Positions 1-12,339 of a stretch of 64,000 nucleotides of DNA are shown piece by piece (position 1 is the first letter of the stretch; each line of letters begins with the position of its first letter). Location of the stretch: assembly GCA_043228905.1 (NCBI GenBank), contig JBHGNT010000008.1, positions 14,508,001 to 14,572,000 on the forward strand, written 5' to 3'. The stretch comes from Azolla caroliniana. Taxonomy: Eukaryota > Plantae > Polypodiophyta. The notes beneath the pieces are model-generated. The model had not been told where the DNA came from. It saw only the letters and a program-made list of their open reading frames with translations, and did not search any database. The position numbers were made by a program, and so were the translations under genes.

Positions 1-249
1 CTGTGCAGTCCCCACGCCAGAAATCGAGGAGACGATTTATGCACAACGAGTAGGGAAAGATCAAAGCACCTGAGTATGGTACCGAGGCCGAAACATTGGA
101 TCAAAGTGAATCCGATGCGTCCAGGAGCAAAGAGGGACCTCCGAAGACGAGGTTGAAGTTGGCTGAGAGGGTCACGAAATCGGCGAACTAGACGTTACGC
201 CGATCCACCGGCCAAAAGATCTCGTAATTTGGTATGGGTACAATGAGTA

Positions 250-1830
250 TATGGCGCATCATTATGCATATATGGTGATGGTGGAAAATGTGCGTGAGCC
301 GGAGAGCTACGCAGAAGTGGCCAAGGACGCAAATTGGTATGCCACTATGGAGGAAGAGATGCATGCGTTAATGGAGAACGAGGCGTAGGACCTGGTTGAC
401 GCCCCAAAGGGTGTAAAGCTGATTAGATGTAGGTGGGTGTACAAGGTCAAGTACAATGCAGATGGCCCGATTAGTGGCATAGGGCTACGCACAAAAACAC
501 GGTATCGATTATGATGAGACCTTTGCGCCAGTTGCGAAGATGACGATTGTTCATGTATTGCTGGCGGTAGCAGTGGCAAAGAGGTGGCACTTACATGAAA
601 TGGATGTAAAGAACGCGTTCCTGCAAGACGATCTTGAGGAACAAGTGTACATGGTATAGCCCCTCAGATTTCTATACGAATGAAACACCTTAGTAGTTTG
701 TTGATTGAAGAAGTCGTTGTATGGACTGAAGCAAGCCACGTATGTCTAGAACGCGAAGATCACGCAAAGGTTGCATAAGGTGGGGTTTGCTCCATCAGAA
801 TCAGACTCTTCACTGTTCATTCGGCCGAGTGGAATTGAGCCGATAATTTAGCATTCTGCTTTATGTTGATGATCTAGTTATCGCTAGTGCCGATCTCAAA
901 GAAATCGGCTGAGTAAAGTCTCAGCTTGCGACATCATTCGAAATAAAGGATCTGGGAGGACCTTCATTACTTCCTCAGGATCAAAGTGATCCGAACCCCC
1001 GAAGGCATATCGATCAGCCAACACCATTATGTGTTGAATATGCTCTTCAAGTTCAGGATGGCGGATTGTAAGTCCATCTCAACCCCTTTGGACAGAAACG
1101 TGAAGCTTCGTCGAGATTCGGGAGAGGCGTGCGACCTGACACGGTTCCGACAAATTGTCGGGAGCCTTATCTATTAGAAAATCACTCGGTCGGACCTCAG
1201 TTACCCGGTCGGCCTGAATAGTAAATTCATCTCATAACCAAAGACCAAATACCTTTAGTGTACGCAAAGGATATTGCAATATGTTAGCGGCACTAAGGAT
1301 AGGGTGTTGTTGTATCGGGCAAGAGTAGCCGAAGAGTTAGTCAGCAACACGAATGCCGATTGGGCCGGAAATGCCGACGATCGCAGGTCTACGTCTGGAT
1401 TCGCGTTTTCACTGGGAAGTGCCGTGATTGCTTGGAGCAATAAAAAGCAACCAATAGTGGCACTATCGAGCACTGAGGCCAAATATCGAGGGGCGGCTAT
1501 CGCCACGTGCGAAGCCATTTGGCTCAAAAGGTTGTTGAAGGATCTGCATGTAGAGGTGTCTGAGCCGACAATGATATACTGTGACAACCTCAGCAACATC
1601 CAACTCATGAAAAACCTTGTCTACCACGCCCAAACAAAGCACATTGAGGTGCACTATCATTTTGTCCGCGAGCGAGTCCTCTCTAGAGAAGTCGAATTGG
1701 TGTATGTTCCGATTGATCGACAGACTGTTGATATCTTCACCAAACCTTTTGGTCTAGACAAGTTGCGGCAATTCCTGGGCATGTTTGGCAGACAACACCT
1801 TGATATGCCGAACTTGAGGGGGAGGAGTGA
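250..1830 (+). pseudogene. pol: copia reverse transcriptase-RNase H, frameshifted with stops
   Basis: [22 protein letters not shown] and RNase H motifs read across frames. Confidence 0.9.
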
Positions 1831-2542
1831 AAATGAAAAGGAGAGAGATGAAGTTCGAAGAACCGAATCAGATGCAGAATTTGACTTCAACATGACTAAA
1901 GAAGTCAGAACGGCTAGAGAAGTCGGGGACGTATGGATAGATGGAAGAAGATCGGCTAAGAAGAAACTAGCCAAATGCGGGGGGAGCAGCTGGAAAAGAG
2001 AGCCAAAGCCTAAGCCAATGGTACCAAGGGGAAGTGAAGCCGAGAAGGGCAAGAAAGGCGGTAGAGTAAAAAAGGACAAAGCCAGCTGAGTGAAGGCCAA
2101 GACCAAGACATGGGTAGATGTGGTCAAGGGCCTGAAGGAGGAAGAATTGGAGACAACCAATTTGGACAAGACTTGGAACGAATCGGAACCAGCCGATTCA
2201 ATCATGGAAGGTGATTCAGACGAGCCGAATTACACAGAGGCCAAGTGGATGAGGAGGTAGCTAAAGCCGACGCTGACACGGAGGAACCGACGGGTCAAGG
2301 GGCACAAATACCACGACAACAAGGGAGCTGACAAGGGCCTCGGAAGCAGACAAGCCGACCGTAAGGGTCGAGGTGTGCGGAACCAAACGGGTCGAGGATC
2401 GTCAGACCAAAGGGGTCGTGGGCCGTAAGGCCGAACTGGACGAGGAGCACGAGCGAGCCGTTAGGACGCTAGGAGAAGAGGTTGGAATGACAAACCAACT
2501 AGAACTGACACGGAGAGACGTCAAGTTGAGCTTGAGGGGGAA

Positions 2543-2950
2543 TGTTGAGAGACAAGCTCAACATGGGCTAAATCGGCTGAAGAAGCCGAGAGCCGAGAGC
2601 CGAGAGTTGTGAGCCGAGTAGGAAGGATTCTGAAAGGCCATTGAGGGTCTATATTCCTATTATAGTAAATAGGAATATTGTAGACAAAATTAGTGTCAGA
2701 CTCATTTATGAGCATTCAAGTACTAACAGTACTTGTGTCAGCCCACTCGTCAAGGGCTTGTATAAAAAGTGCTCACTGAGCACAATGTATGTACAGAGTG
2801 TTCATTATTTGAAATAGAGGTTGTTGTCTGCTCTCTCTGTCTCTGTCTTACACCATTCTCTGTGTTTACCTAACTGTCGAGTTTCCGAAACCAACTATGT
2901 ACTTGGTGTCTATCGCACACGTATTCTTTTTCAGACTTTAACTAGATACA
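2543..2950 (+). repeat. 3' LTR of copia A (right boundary approximate)
   Basis: Follows PPT; begins TGTTGAG-agacaag-CTCAACA; TATAAAA at ~2761. Confidence 0.65.
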
Positions 2951-3099
2951 TTGCAGTGAGTTAGAGTCCGAACTCGATACATTGTATCGATTTGGAAGGT
3001 CAACTCGATACTATGTAAGCTTAAAAATCTATGTTTATTGTTGAAAAGCAAACTCTTGTATGCCTTTTTAGTTATTTTGATAGCATAGAATAAGCTTGA

Positions 3100-4574
3100 A
3101 AAATGAGCCCTAACTCACCATTTTCTGTGGATGAATACCCATTGTCCACAAGTTCTCCTTTCTTGGTGGAGGAATATTGCATTGGTTTATCAAATATCGA
3201 GACTCCACAAAGTATGCCACTAAGTCATGAGTTCTTTGTTGATGAGTACGATCTCAATGAGGAATCGACTAATGCAAGGAATGTTTATCAAACTACGACA
3301 AGTGTTTTAGGTGGTAGACAAATAAACAATCTAGCGCAAGATGAGATATCAATTGCTGGTATAAAGGAGATCAAGTCGGTAACCCCGTTGTATTTTAGGA
3401 GGGTTGCTCGCTATATAGGTTAAGATAGATTTGCTCTAGTAACATCTGAGAATCAACTTACCTTAGATGTTAACAAAGTATGTTGTACTTGTGGGTGTAT
3501 GTCAAGGATGGGAAAGGAAAACTTGCGGTCGTTGTATAGATGGTATCCGACAAAACATCAGACATCTCGATCTCCTCCGGGTATTATCTCTTCACGGCGC
3601 AACAATGTTGTAGGGTAGTGTTCAAGATTTCACTATGTGTTAGCAACATGAGATTACATCGAGTGCAACTACAAGTTTTGAATGATGATCCTAATATCGA
3701 AACCGATAATGTGATAAGTATGAAGGGTGCATCAAGAAGAAATGCGATCAGTTGGATGAAGACATACTTTAAGCTGAATTTTGACGTAATGCCAACTACC
3801 GGTAGGTTGCATCACTCATATAATTACACATGTTGAGAAGTTTATGATGTCGTGCCTTTCAGCGCCAGATCGTTGCGTGAGTCAGGTGGGAACCGCTGGG
3901 GTTTTAGACTAGGAGGAGGAAGAATTTGAGATGAATCTAGTTATGAATAGATTGTAAGAAAGAGATAGGAAACTCGTGAATCCCACGAGTATAATATATG
4001 TAGTTTATTAATATTTAGAAACCCTAAAATTTTTTCACACCCTAATTACAATTTACTCCCATCCTTATATAGTGATGGGAGAGGCTTTAACAATCCATAC
4101 CTTTTCTAACTATAGACTTTATGCTTTTTCTAACCTCATGCATTTTTTTTATCAACTATAGTGTTCATGCATGCTAGATGTTCATGTGTTGCATTTTTCA
4201 ATCATGTGTTTTCTTCTAACTAAAGCTTTTTCCTAGAAAATATGCGTGAAATAACCTTTGTATATGGGAAATCTATTTTTTTAATATTCATGATGTGTTA
4301 GTATAATGTTAAGGCTTCAAATAACATGGAGGTACAAGGTTTGAATCTTGCCCTATGCATGTAACATATATTTTAATATTTTCTTCTTTTTCTTTATATT
4401 TATTCAATTAGTTATTTTATATGTTTTTCACGCAGAATATGAAGCACACTACGACAATGATTCCTATAGATCAGAGATGTGTACATTCAGCGATAGGTAT
4501 GTTGCCTAGAATCAATTCACAAGATTGTGGTCATCGCAGTTTAGTAACGTTATTATACCTAGAAAAGCACGCAT
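3100..4574 (+). pseudogene. N-terminal remnant of the basal DNA-transposon ORF, interrupted by solo LTR 3848-4456
   Basis: Degenerate ORF pieces (WMKTYFKLNFDVMPTTGRLH) rejoin across the 4-bp TSD and continue at 13676 after removing G1. Confidence 0.45.
3848..4456 (-). mobile_element. Solo LTR (609 bp) of a 4-bp-TSD gypsy lineage
   Basis: TGTCGT...ACGACA termini; perfect TSD ATGA (3844-3847/4457-4460); terminal motif shared in reverse orientation with 26133-27298. Confidence 0.8.
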
Positions 4575-4997
4575 TGTCACGGACAAGTAGACGAGGCTCA
4601 ATACTAAGAGAGTGAGAGAGAGATCATAGACAAGATAATAAGAAAGAGAGAGAGAAAGTAGTCAAGAGAACAAGAACTGAATTATGATTTCATAACTGGT
4701 GTTATTCACCTTGACTAAGGCCAAGGTGAACCCCTGTATTTATACATGTTTATGGGCTCTAAATGTAGCCCCATGCAAAGACTCATTTTCATGCACAAGC
4801 TTCTAGAATGTTCTAGCTTCTGGAGCTTTCTAGAAGCTTCTAAAATTCTACATGTAGATAACAATGGGCCTGGTTCGGTTCGGTTTCTTGGCCTTGAAAC
4901 CAAACCAAACCAAACCAAACCAAACTATTTATTTATAATAAAAACCAAACCAAACCATTTACGGAAATTTTAGAACCAAACCAAACTGGTTTATCAT

Positions 4998-5451
4998 TGT
5001 AAAGAATCGGTGGTGATTCTTGTGTAGCGGAAGAGATGTGTGTTATGTGTATGTGTGAGAGGAATTAGAGGAGAGATGAAAGAACACAAGATAGATAGAA
5101 AAAGGAATACTCAAGAAGAAGGAGATGTATATTAACAAGGAGAATATGATAAATGAAAATGTAGCATTACAAGGAGTCACAACCAACTTAGTATGAAGTA
5201 TGAGGAGGGTGCTTTATATAGAGTCACCCTCTCTCTTCATTAACTTACAACGACCACTCTCTCTCTTGGGGAATGTGAAGACTCATAGTCATGGGGAATA
5301 TGTAACTCATTAGTTATATATCATAGAATATGATTCTATGACACATAGTTAATGTGTAGAGAGTAGTAGTGTGACTCTTGACCTTTGAGTAATCATAGAT
5401 TCTCAAAAGGTGTGTTCACACATTGTGCTATGTTGAGCTTGATTCTCAACA
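4998..5451 (-). mobile_element. Copia-type solo LTR inside the MITE
   Basis: TG..CA ends; perfect TSD ATCAT (4993-4997/5452-5456); minus-strand start TGTTGAGAATCAAGCTCAACA like the other copia LTRs. Confidence 0.85.
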
Positions 5452-5504
5452 ATCATAAATCAAAACCAAACCAAATCATTTTTTTGTGATATTGATTATT
5501 ATAC

Positions 5505-5675
5505 ATATTATGAATCTATGTGAGAAAATCATCATAAATTTGGTCATCATACTTATCATAAATTTAGTTATCACACTTATTATAAATTTGGTCATCATAC
5601 CTGCCATAAATTTAGTTATCATACATATTATAATTTTGGTCATCGTACTTATCATAAATTTGATAATCATACATC
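5505..5675. repeat. ~24-bp AT-rich tandem repeat (ATCATAAATTTGGTCATCATACTT-like)
   Basis: About 7 degenerate copies inside the MITE. Confidence 0.75.
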
Positions 5676-6138
5676 GAAAGGACACTCTACTTATAATGTA
5701 TATAAAATTTAATAAGTTAGAGCCTAGAGGTTTAAAATTAAAAGTTGAAAGTTGGCCTAAAGATGAAAATTTAGGAATATTTTTTAACCTATAAACCTAT
5801 AAACCTATAAACCTTTAAACCGCTAAACCATGAAATTCAAAATCAAACCGAACCGAAACCAAATCGAATCATAACATTTGAAACCAAACCAAATGGTTTA
5901 TTTATTTTTGAACCAATAAACCATTAACCCACAGTTTAACGGTTCGGTTCGGTTTGAGCCAAAACCGGGCCCATTGCTACATGTAGAATAGATAATCTAC
6001 AATAATCTAATAAGGTAACATGATTATGGATTGGATGTGTTGGTTAAAACATATCAATTAAATATAGTAGGTCAAGCGTTCGAATCATGACATGACTGTT
6101 GTCATGTCCATGACATTATCCCCCTACTAAGGCTGCCT

Positions 6139-8863
6139 CTAAAGATGCCTCCCCGGATTTTGTGGATATTGTTGATGAAATGCATGAACAACATCCGATG
6201 CATTCTCCAAGTGTTGGGCTGGTTCCCAAGTTGCCTCTGAAATGGGATACCCTTTCCATAGGACTAAGTATTGAAGTTGTCGTCGATGCCAACGAGAGTC
6301 CAGAATCTTATCCACCTCATACTCCTCACCTGTGGAAAGCTCAATTGGAGGTGGAGGTGGAGAGTGTCTTCCAGGAATAGTGGATGGATGATAAGGTTCG
6401 AGAAGAGAGGCATGGAAGACATTATGAATCCAGAAATGTGGAGTGACAGAATTGACACACTCAATGATGTAGAAAGGCCCCAACTTCTTGTAATCCAACT
6501 TTCTGCAAGGTCGAATAGTATCAACATGGCGATGTAAGAGCCAAATTTGATCACCAACTGCAAAGGCGGCTGTAGTGGAACGACAATGATCAGCTTGCAC
6601 TTTATATTGGTCCTTTGCAAGGATGAGTTTAAGGGAGAGGTCTTGATGAATGTCGGCTAAAATACGAGCACGTCCTTCCGATGATGGGTTGACAGAGTTT
6701 CCAGGGATGGAAATACTGAAGTGAGGATGGAAACCATAGTTGGCGAAAAATGGGGTGACCCCAGTTGAACCATGTTGCGTATTATTATATGTGAACTTTG
6801 CCAAGGGTAGGAGGTCAACCCAATCATCTTGCTGGTAGCTAAGTGAGCATCAAAGGTATTGCTCAAGAATCTGGTTCACCCGCTCCGTTTGGCCAACGGT
6901 TTGAGGATGATAGGATGAAGACAAATTCACTGTTGTGCCCAATTTTTGAAGGAGCCGCCACCAAAAATGAGAGACAAATTGGGGTCCACGATCTGAGGTG
7001 ACATCATCTAGGGCCCCATGAAGCCGCACCACATTCTTTAAAAATAGATCGGTTGTTGCTTCTGTTGAAATAGTCTTTACACAAGGGGCAAAATGAGCCA
7101 TCTTTGTAAACCGATCTACCGTGACGAGAGGCAAGTTAGTGATGAAATCCATGGAAATTGATGCCCAAGGCCTGTTGGGAATGGGAAGTGGTTGGAGCAA
7201 CCCATATGGCCTATGGTGGACGACTTTGGATCTAGCACAAGTATCACATGTCTTGATGAATTCCTTGATGAACTTCCATGGTTGAGGCCACCAATATCCT
7301 CATGAGATTAATTCGAGTGTCTTTGTAACGCCAAAATGACCAACCAAGGGGTCATCATGACACTTTTGGAGAACTTGAGTTCGACATCGGCCCTCCAGAA
7401 CATATAAGAGTTGGTCTCGGTAAAGCAATCCCCCCTTGAATCTGAAGCGGTCAAGGTCTTCCTTGGTCTTGGATTTAGACGGATCAATAAGAGCTTCCTG
7501 AATTGCATTGGCAAATTTGTCGGTGGGAAGTGCTTTGGCTATCTCCTCAAGAAAAGAGTCGTCATGGAGCATGCATGTGGTGAAGAGCTGGAATTGATAT
7601 GGTTTAAGCAAACATTGAGATTGTTGAGCATAGGCATCATCCCTTGGGCTCAACGCAAAATCCGACCATTGTGAAAGAGCATCAACCTTCATGTTTTGTG
7701 CCCCAGCCGAAAGACAATTTCAAAGTCATAGTCGGCTAAGAAAGTTGACCAACGGGCCTGCCACCAATTCAAAGTACGGGTTGTTGAGAAATACAATAAA
7801 TTTTTATGATCTGTTAATACCTTAACCCGATGTTGCGCCCCAGCCAAGTAAGGTCTCCACTCCGTGAAAGCTGCCACTATAGCCGCGAGCTCCTTGTCGT
7901 AGATGGGATAGTTGATTCTTGAGCTGTGAATTTTCGGGAGTAGTACCAATGGGAAAGTCGGAGGCATCTGTTTCAACTTGAAAAGGCTTAGTAGGGTCGA
8001 CGTGAAGGAGGACTGGAGCTCGGGTAAAAACTTCCTTGAGTAGGTCGAAGGCGTGTTGTGTAGATGGAGTCCATAGAAACGACATCCCTTTATGAGTAAG
8101 CTCAATCAAGGGTTGGACTATGACGGAGAACCCCTTGATAAATCTCCGATAGAAATTTGCAAAACCAAGGAACGACTGGACATCCTTTACTCGTTTTGGA
8201 GTGGCTCATTCTTGAATTGTCTTGATTTTCCTTGGATCCATGGTGATGCCCTGGGGGGAGATAACATAACCAAGAAATTCTAGTTGGATGAAGCCCTTCT
8301 CCAAATTTTCATCGAAATATGTGCAAAGAGCCTCTAGTTCTGGTTCAGAGAGACCATAGATGGGCCCAAAGGGTGGAGATATGCCCTCCTGTAGATCGAT
8401 CGGAAAATCATATGGTCGATGCTTCGGTAAGTGATCTGCATTCTTCTTCTCGAACACGTCAGCAAAGTCACTATATTTGGATGGAAGCAAGTCCAGATTG
8501 GCTTTCATAGGAATCAAAGCTGGGGTACTCGACTCTGAGTCGTTGCCCATTGAGATGGAATGCATTATGACTGGGCCATGAGCATCCGAGTGCATTGGTC
8601 TGAGTTGAATGGAGGAGTGCTTGATAGAAAATGATTTGGGCCATTATGACACAATGACATTGGAAGCCATTCCAACCTCCATTTGAGTTTGCGGTTAAAA
8701 TGTAAGTGGTGGTTGTGCCAATCTATAACACGGTTATTCGCTTTCAACCAAGACAACCCAAGTATGATTGGATGCTGCGGTGAAGTGATGAGGTAAAATG
8801 ATAAGGCCTCATGATGGGTCCCGAGTTGCAAAATGAGGGGGACCGTGGCTTTGGTGACTGCGC
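6139..8863 (-). pseudogene. pol: G1 pol (PR end, partial RT, RH, IN, chromodomain), fragmented
   Basis: [22 protein letters not shown]; chromodomain EYEVDKILDSR...YLVLWKGY...TWEP. Confidence 0.9.
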
Positions 8864-9089
8864 TGTCGTGAAAATACGACGAGGATATGCAAACTTGAGG
8901 CAGGACCCCGGGGCCTCCGACTAGAGGATATCACATTCATGCTTTTATATTTTTAACAATTAACAGAAATAAGAAATTTAATAATTTTCATTAACAAAGG
9001 AAAAGGAAATTACAATATGTCCCAAGTTTGGGATTTAGAAGTTTTAGGTTTATTAAGATTAATATAAAAGAAAAATTAGGGGTTTTGAG

Positions 9090-9335
9090 AGATATCGCTT
9101 CCGTAGGGAAAATTAGGATTAGGTTATATGAGTATTATGGCTTCCGTAGGGAAGATTAGGGTTTTTGAGTGTTATGGCTTCCGTAGGGAAGATTAGGGTT
9201 TTCAAGTGTTATGGCTTACGTAGGGAATTTTAGGATTAGGTTATATGAGTATTATGGCTTCCGTAGGGAAGATTAGGGTGTATGGCTTCCGTAAGGAAAT
9301 TTAGGGATTATGAGAGTTATGGCTTCCATAAGATA
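9090..9335. repeat. Tandem repeat with core TATGGCTTCCGTAGGGAA
   Basis: About 7 copies with related TTAGG-rich linkers. Confidence 0.85.
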
Positions 9336-9659
9336 AGGGACCTAAGAAGGAAAAGAAAATAATATTGAGAGCATGAGTGTAGGTAAAAAAATGGAATTTT
9401 ATATGGAGTTCTCCCTTGATCATCTACATGTCCACTTTTTGTTGCATGGCCTCTATTTTTAGTTGCTTAGCTTTTTCTTTTAGTTGCATATATTTTTAGT
9501 TGCATGGCTTTTTCGTTTAGTTGCATGTGATCGTCCACATGACCTTTACTTTTTTGCATGCACTCCAACTTTAGTTGCTTGCGTCCACATGGCCTTTACT
9601 TTAGTTCTCTTCACGTTACTTTAGTTTGTTGCATGATCCAATCTTCTGTCCGTCCGCGT

Positions 9660-9915
9660 CCAACCTCGTCCGGTAGCCGGTTCCGTCCGATCGCCGAATC
9701 CCTCGCCGGCCGGTTCCATTTTGCTTGCCGGCCGGTTCCGGTTTGCTTGCCAACCGGTTCCGGTTCCAGTTTGCTTGCCGGTTGCGGTTGCGGTTTTGCT
9801 TACCGGCCGGTTCTGGATCCGGTTTTGCTTGCCGGTTCCGAATCCGGTTTTGCTTGCCGGCTGGTTCCGGTTCCGGTTTTGCTCGCCGGCCAGTTCCGGT
9901 TCTGATTTTGCTTAC
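9660..9915. repeat. GC-rich CCGGTT/TTTGCTTGCCGG tandem array
   Basis: Direct reading. Confidence 0.85.
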
Positions 9916-10199
9916 TGGCGAGATAGCATCGTCAACCACCGAGCCCTTATTTCGTGCCGAGTGCCCCCACAAAACGTTGCGTGGCTTTGCAATGGCGTCA
10001 TCGACTTGTCTCTCATATCCTCTCACATAACAAGCTCTCAACACTCTACCTTACTTTTCGCACATCATTATGTTGTAAGCATGGGACTACATTCGGTAGC
10101 CATGCATTTTCCCATTTCTTATCCCTCTTTCATTGTATATGTTCGGGACTACATTTGGTAGCCGACATTATTTTCATTTTGTATCTCAAACCCTAAACT

Positions 10200-11408
10200 A
10201 TATCGCCAATCACAATGCTTGTCACCCACATCCCTACATATGCACTCACTCGTTAGATTTTTCATATTTTTAACCCTACCCCTACCATTCCCCTACTTTC
10301 TTTTGTTTTCAACCCTACCCCTCCCCTACTTTCTTCTATTTTCAACCCTACCCCTCCCCTACTTTCTCCTATTTTCAGCCCTACCCCTAATACTTTCTCC
10401 TAATTTTAGCCCTACCCCTTCCCCTACTTTTTCATATTTTTACTTATACCTCTCTCCTACACTTTTATTAAAAACATAATCTTTAGATTATATTTACCCA
10501 CTACCCCCGTCATCAATTTCCATATATTTTTCTTGGTTGCCCCATATGTTTTTCTTCTCTCTCTCTCTTTCTTACTTTCATATCCTCTTTTGTCACTCCC
10601 CGTCTCTCTCTCTCTCTCTCTTCCTCTATCTTTCTTACTTTTATATCCTATTCTCTCTCTCTTACCTCTACCCCTCCCTTTACTTTTTATTACCACCCTA
10701 CCCCTGACCTTAACCCTCTCTAGCTCACACCAAGTGTATCAAACGGTTTGGGTGCGCTCAAATTGTTCTTGGTGAACTTTTCACTTCACCCCCACTTTGT
10801 CAATTTACCCCCTTACCCCTCCCTTACCTTCCTAAATTACCCTCCTACCCTTCCCCCTCAGTTTTTCAAAATTACCCCCTTACCCTTCCCCCTTTGTTTT
10901 TTAAAATTACCTTTCTACCCCTCCTCCCACCTTTTCTTATTGCCACCCTACCCCTCCCCTAAACCCCCCCCCTCATTTCTTAAAAACTAAACACCCTACC
11001 CCCACCCCTCCTCTCTCAAAATCTTTTCCTTTTTTTTCCTCTCTCACACTTAAGCTATCACTTCTCCCTCTCTTAGTTTTTCCTTTCCTCTCTCAAAATC
11101 TTTTCCTATCCTATTTTATCCACCTTTCTATTTTTGTTTTTCTACCCTCACCCATGTTTTACTTTTTCTTACCCTACCCCTCCCCATCCTCTTCCTAAAT
11201 CTATAGCCTTCCCCCTTTTTCTTTTCCTCTTTCCCCACACTTGTCTCTCTCCCTTACCTCTCTCCTATTTCCTTTTTCTCTCTCTTACTTTGTCTAGTTT
11301 ACACATGCATCTCTCTCCTCTCTCTACCCTCTTTCTCTCTCTTACTTTTTCTCTCGTTTTCCCACTCTTGATCCTCGTAGATCTACTCACTCCCCTTATG
11401 TCTACTCA

Positions 11409-11455
<47 letters not shown>

Positions 11456-11760
11456 CCTCTTTCCTTCCTTTCTCATCATCTCACATATTTTCCTTATTTT
11501 CCCCTCAATCTTAACTCCCCTTTGAATATTTCCCCTCATTTTACATTTTATATCCTAACTCTCTCTTTTCTCCTTATCTCTCGTTAACATTATAACCTCT
11601 TTTCCCTTATACCAAAACCTCCCCCTTGTCACATTAAAGCTCGTAGTATCCTTTTCCTTCTTCTCCAAATCTTCCCCTTTTCAAATCATATCCATAAGCA
11701 CACACCCCCACTCCCTATTGTCATTTCTCTAAACCCTCTCCTAAAACTCCTTATATAAAC
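10200..11760. repeat. Polypyrimidine low-complexity tract with TACCCCT repeats and (CT)n
   Basis: Strong C/T strand bias; 30-bp repeats at 10270-10430. Confidence 0.8.
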
Positions 11761-11773
11761 CTATCCACCCCTA

Positions 11774-11832
11774 ATGGTCATTTTAGCACTGACGAGCCCC
11801 GTAGTGGGCGAAACTAGTTTGCTCATGACCAT
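11774..11832 (+). ncRNA. Type I hammerhead ribozyme motif (minimal palindromic stem III, GUU cleavage triplet)
   Basis: ATGGTCAT-ttt-AGCA [CTGACGA] GCCC-cgtagt-GGGC [GAAA] C-ta-G TT / TGCT-c-ATGACCAT: both core boxes present; stems I and II pair. Confidence 0.8.
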
Positions 11833-11890
11833 ATCCCCATGTAATTTCTTTTTCAATCTTAATGATAATTAGTAATAGCTTTGCTCTTAA

Positions 11891-11924
<34 letters not shown>

Positions 11925-12339
11925 CATGTTAGTAACATTTGTTTTAGTCCTTTTAATTAATACTTAATGGCTAGCCCTCTCTCCCTTTCTCATTATATTT
12001 TTAGTTATATTTAAGTTTTAATCCCTATAATAATTTAAGTTATCAAGGTTTAAGCTCTCTCTCTCTCTCTCTCTCTCTCATGCTCTCCAAGCCGTGCACC
12101 GATGATACACCATTCGCACTCCTTGTCGACGATCGTATGATCAACAAAACAAATGAAAAATGAGGGAGCTCAAGGTGCTTATATAGCCAGGGCCTTAAGT
12201 TTTCTATCTATGTGGGATAAATAATAGTTCTATTTTCCCTATCTTCTCAAACATCCATCTTCTATAACATGCCATTAAGCTAATATAAAGTATTTATTAT
12301 TATTTTTTACATAGTGTGAGAAGATTCACATGACAATGC

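Larger units (their letters stand above)
1..2950 (+). mobile_element. Ty1/copia LTR retrotransposon A, 3' part (5' end outside window), degenerate
   Basis: Disrupted copia RT and RNase H (ADWAG...RRSTSG, IYCDN, KHIEVHYHFVRE in ORF 1274-2089); PPT CTTGAGGGGGAA at 2531-2542 then LTR start TGTTGAG at 2543; LTR right end uncertain. Confidence 0.9.
4859..5979. mobile_element. hAT-family MITE in the G1 3' LTR
   Basis: 17-bp TIRs TAACAATGGGCCTGGTT / AACCGGGCCCATTGCTA; 8-bp TSD CATGTAGA (4851-4858/5980-5987); AAACC/GGTTC subterminal repeats; absent from the partner LTR. Confidence 0.9.
8864..12335. mobile_element. 3.47-kb non-coding LTR-like insertion (large solo LTR or non-autonomous element) in the G1 protease
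   Basis: TGTCGTG...CATGACA ends; degenerate 4-bp TSD GCGC/ATGC whose removal restores the protease frame (LSSSAVTK); no credible ORF. Confidence 0.75.

Noticed and set aside
5785-5830. Telomere-like AAACCT(A) repeats (also ~10188 and 48370-48390)
   Set aside because: Few degenerate units inside TEs; not an interstitial telomere array
9090-9335. Repeat-spacer pattern resembling a CRISPR array
   Set aside because: Linkers are homologous to each other and irregular, no cas genes, eukaryotic TE context; ordinary tandem repeat
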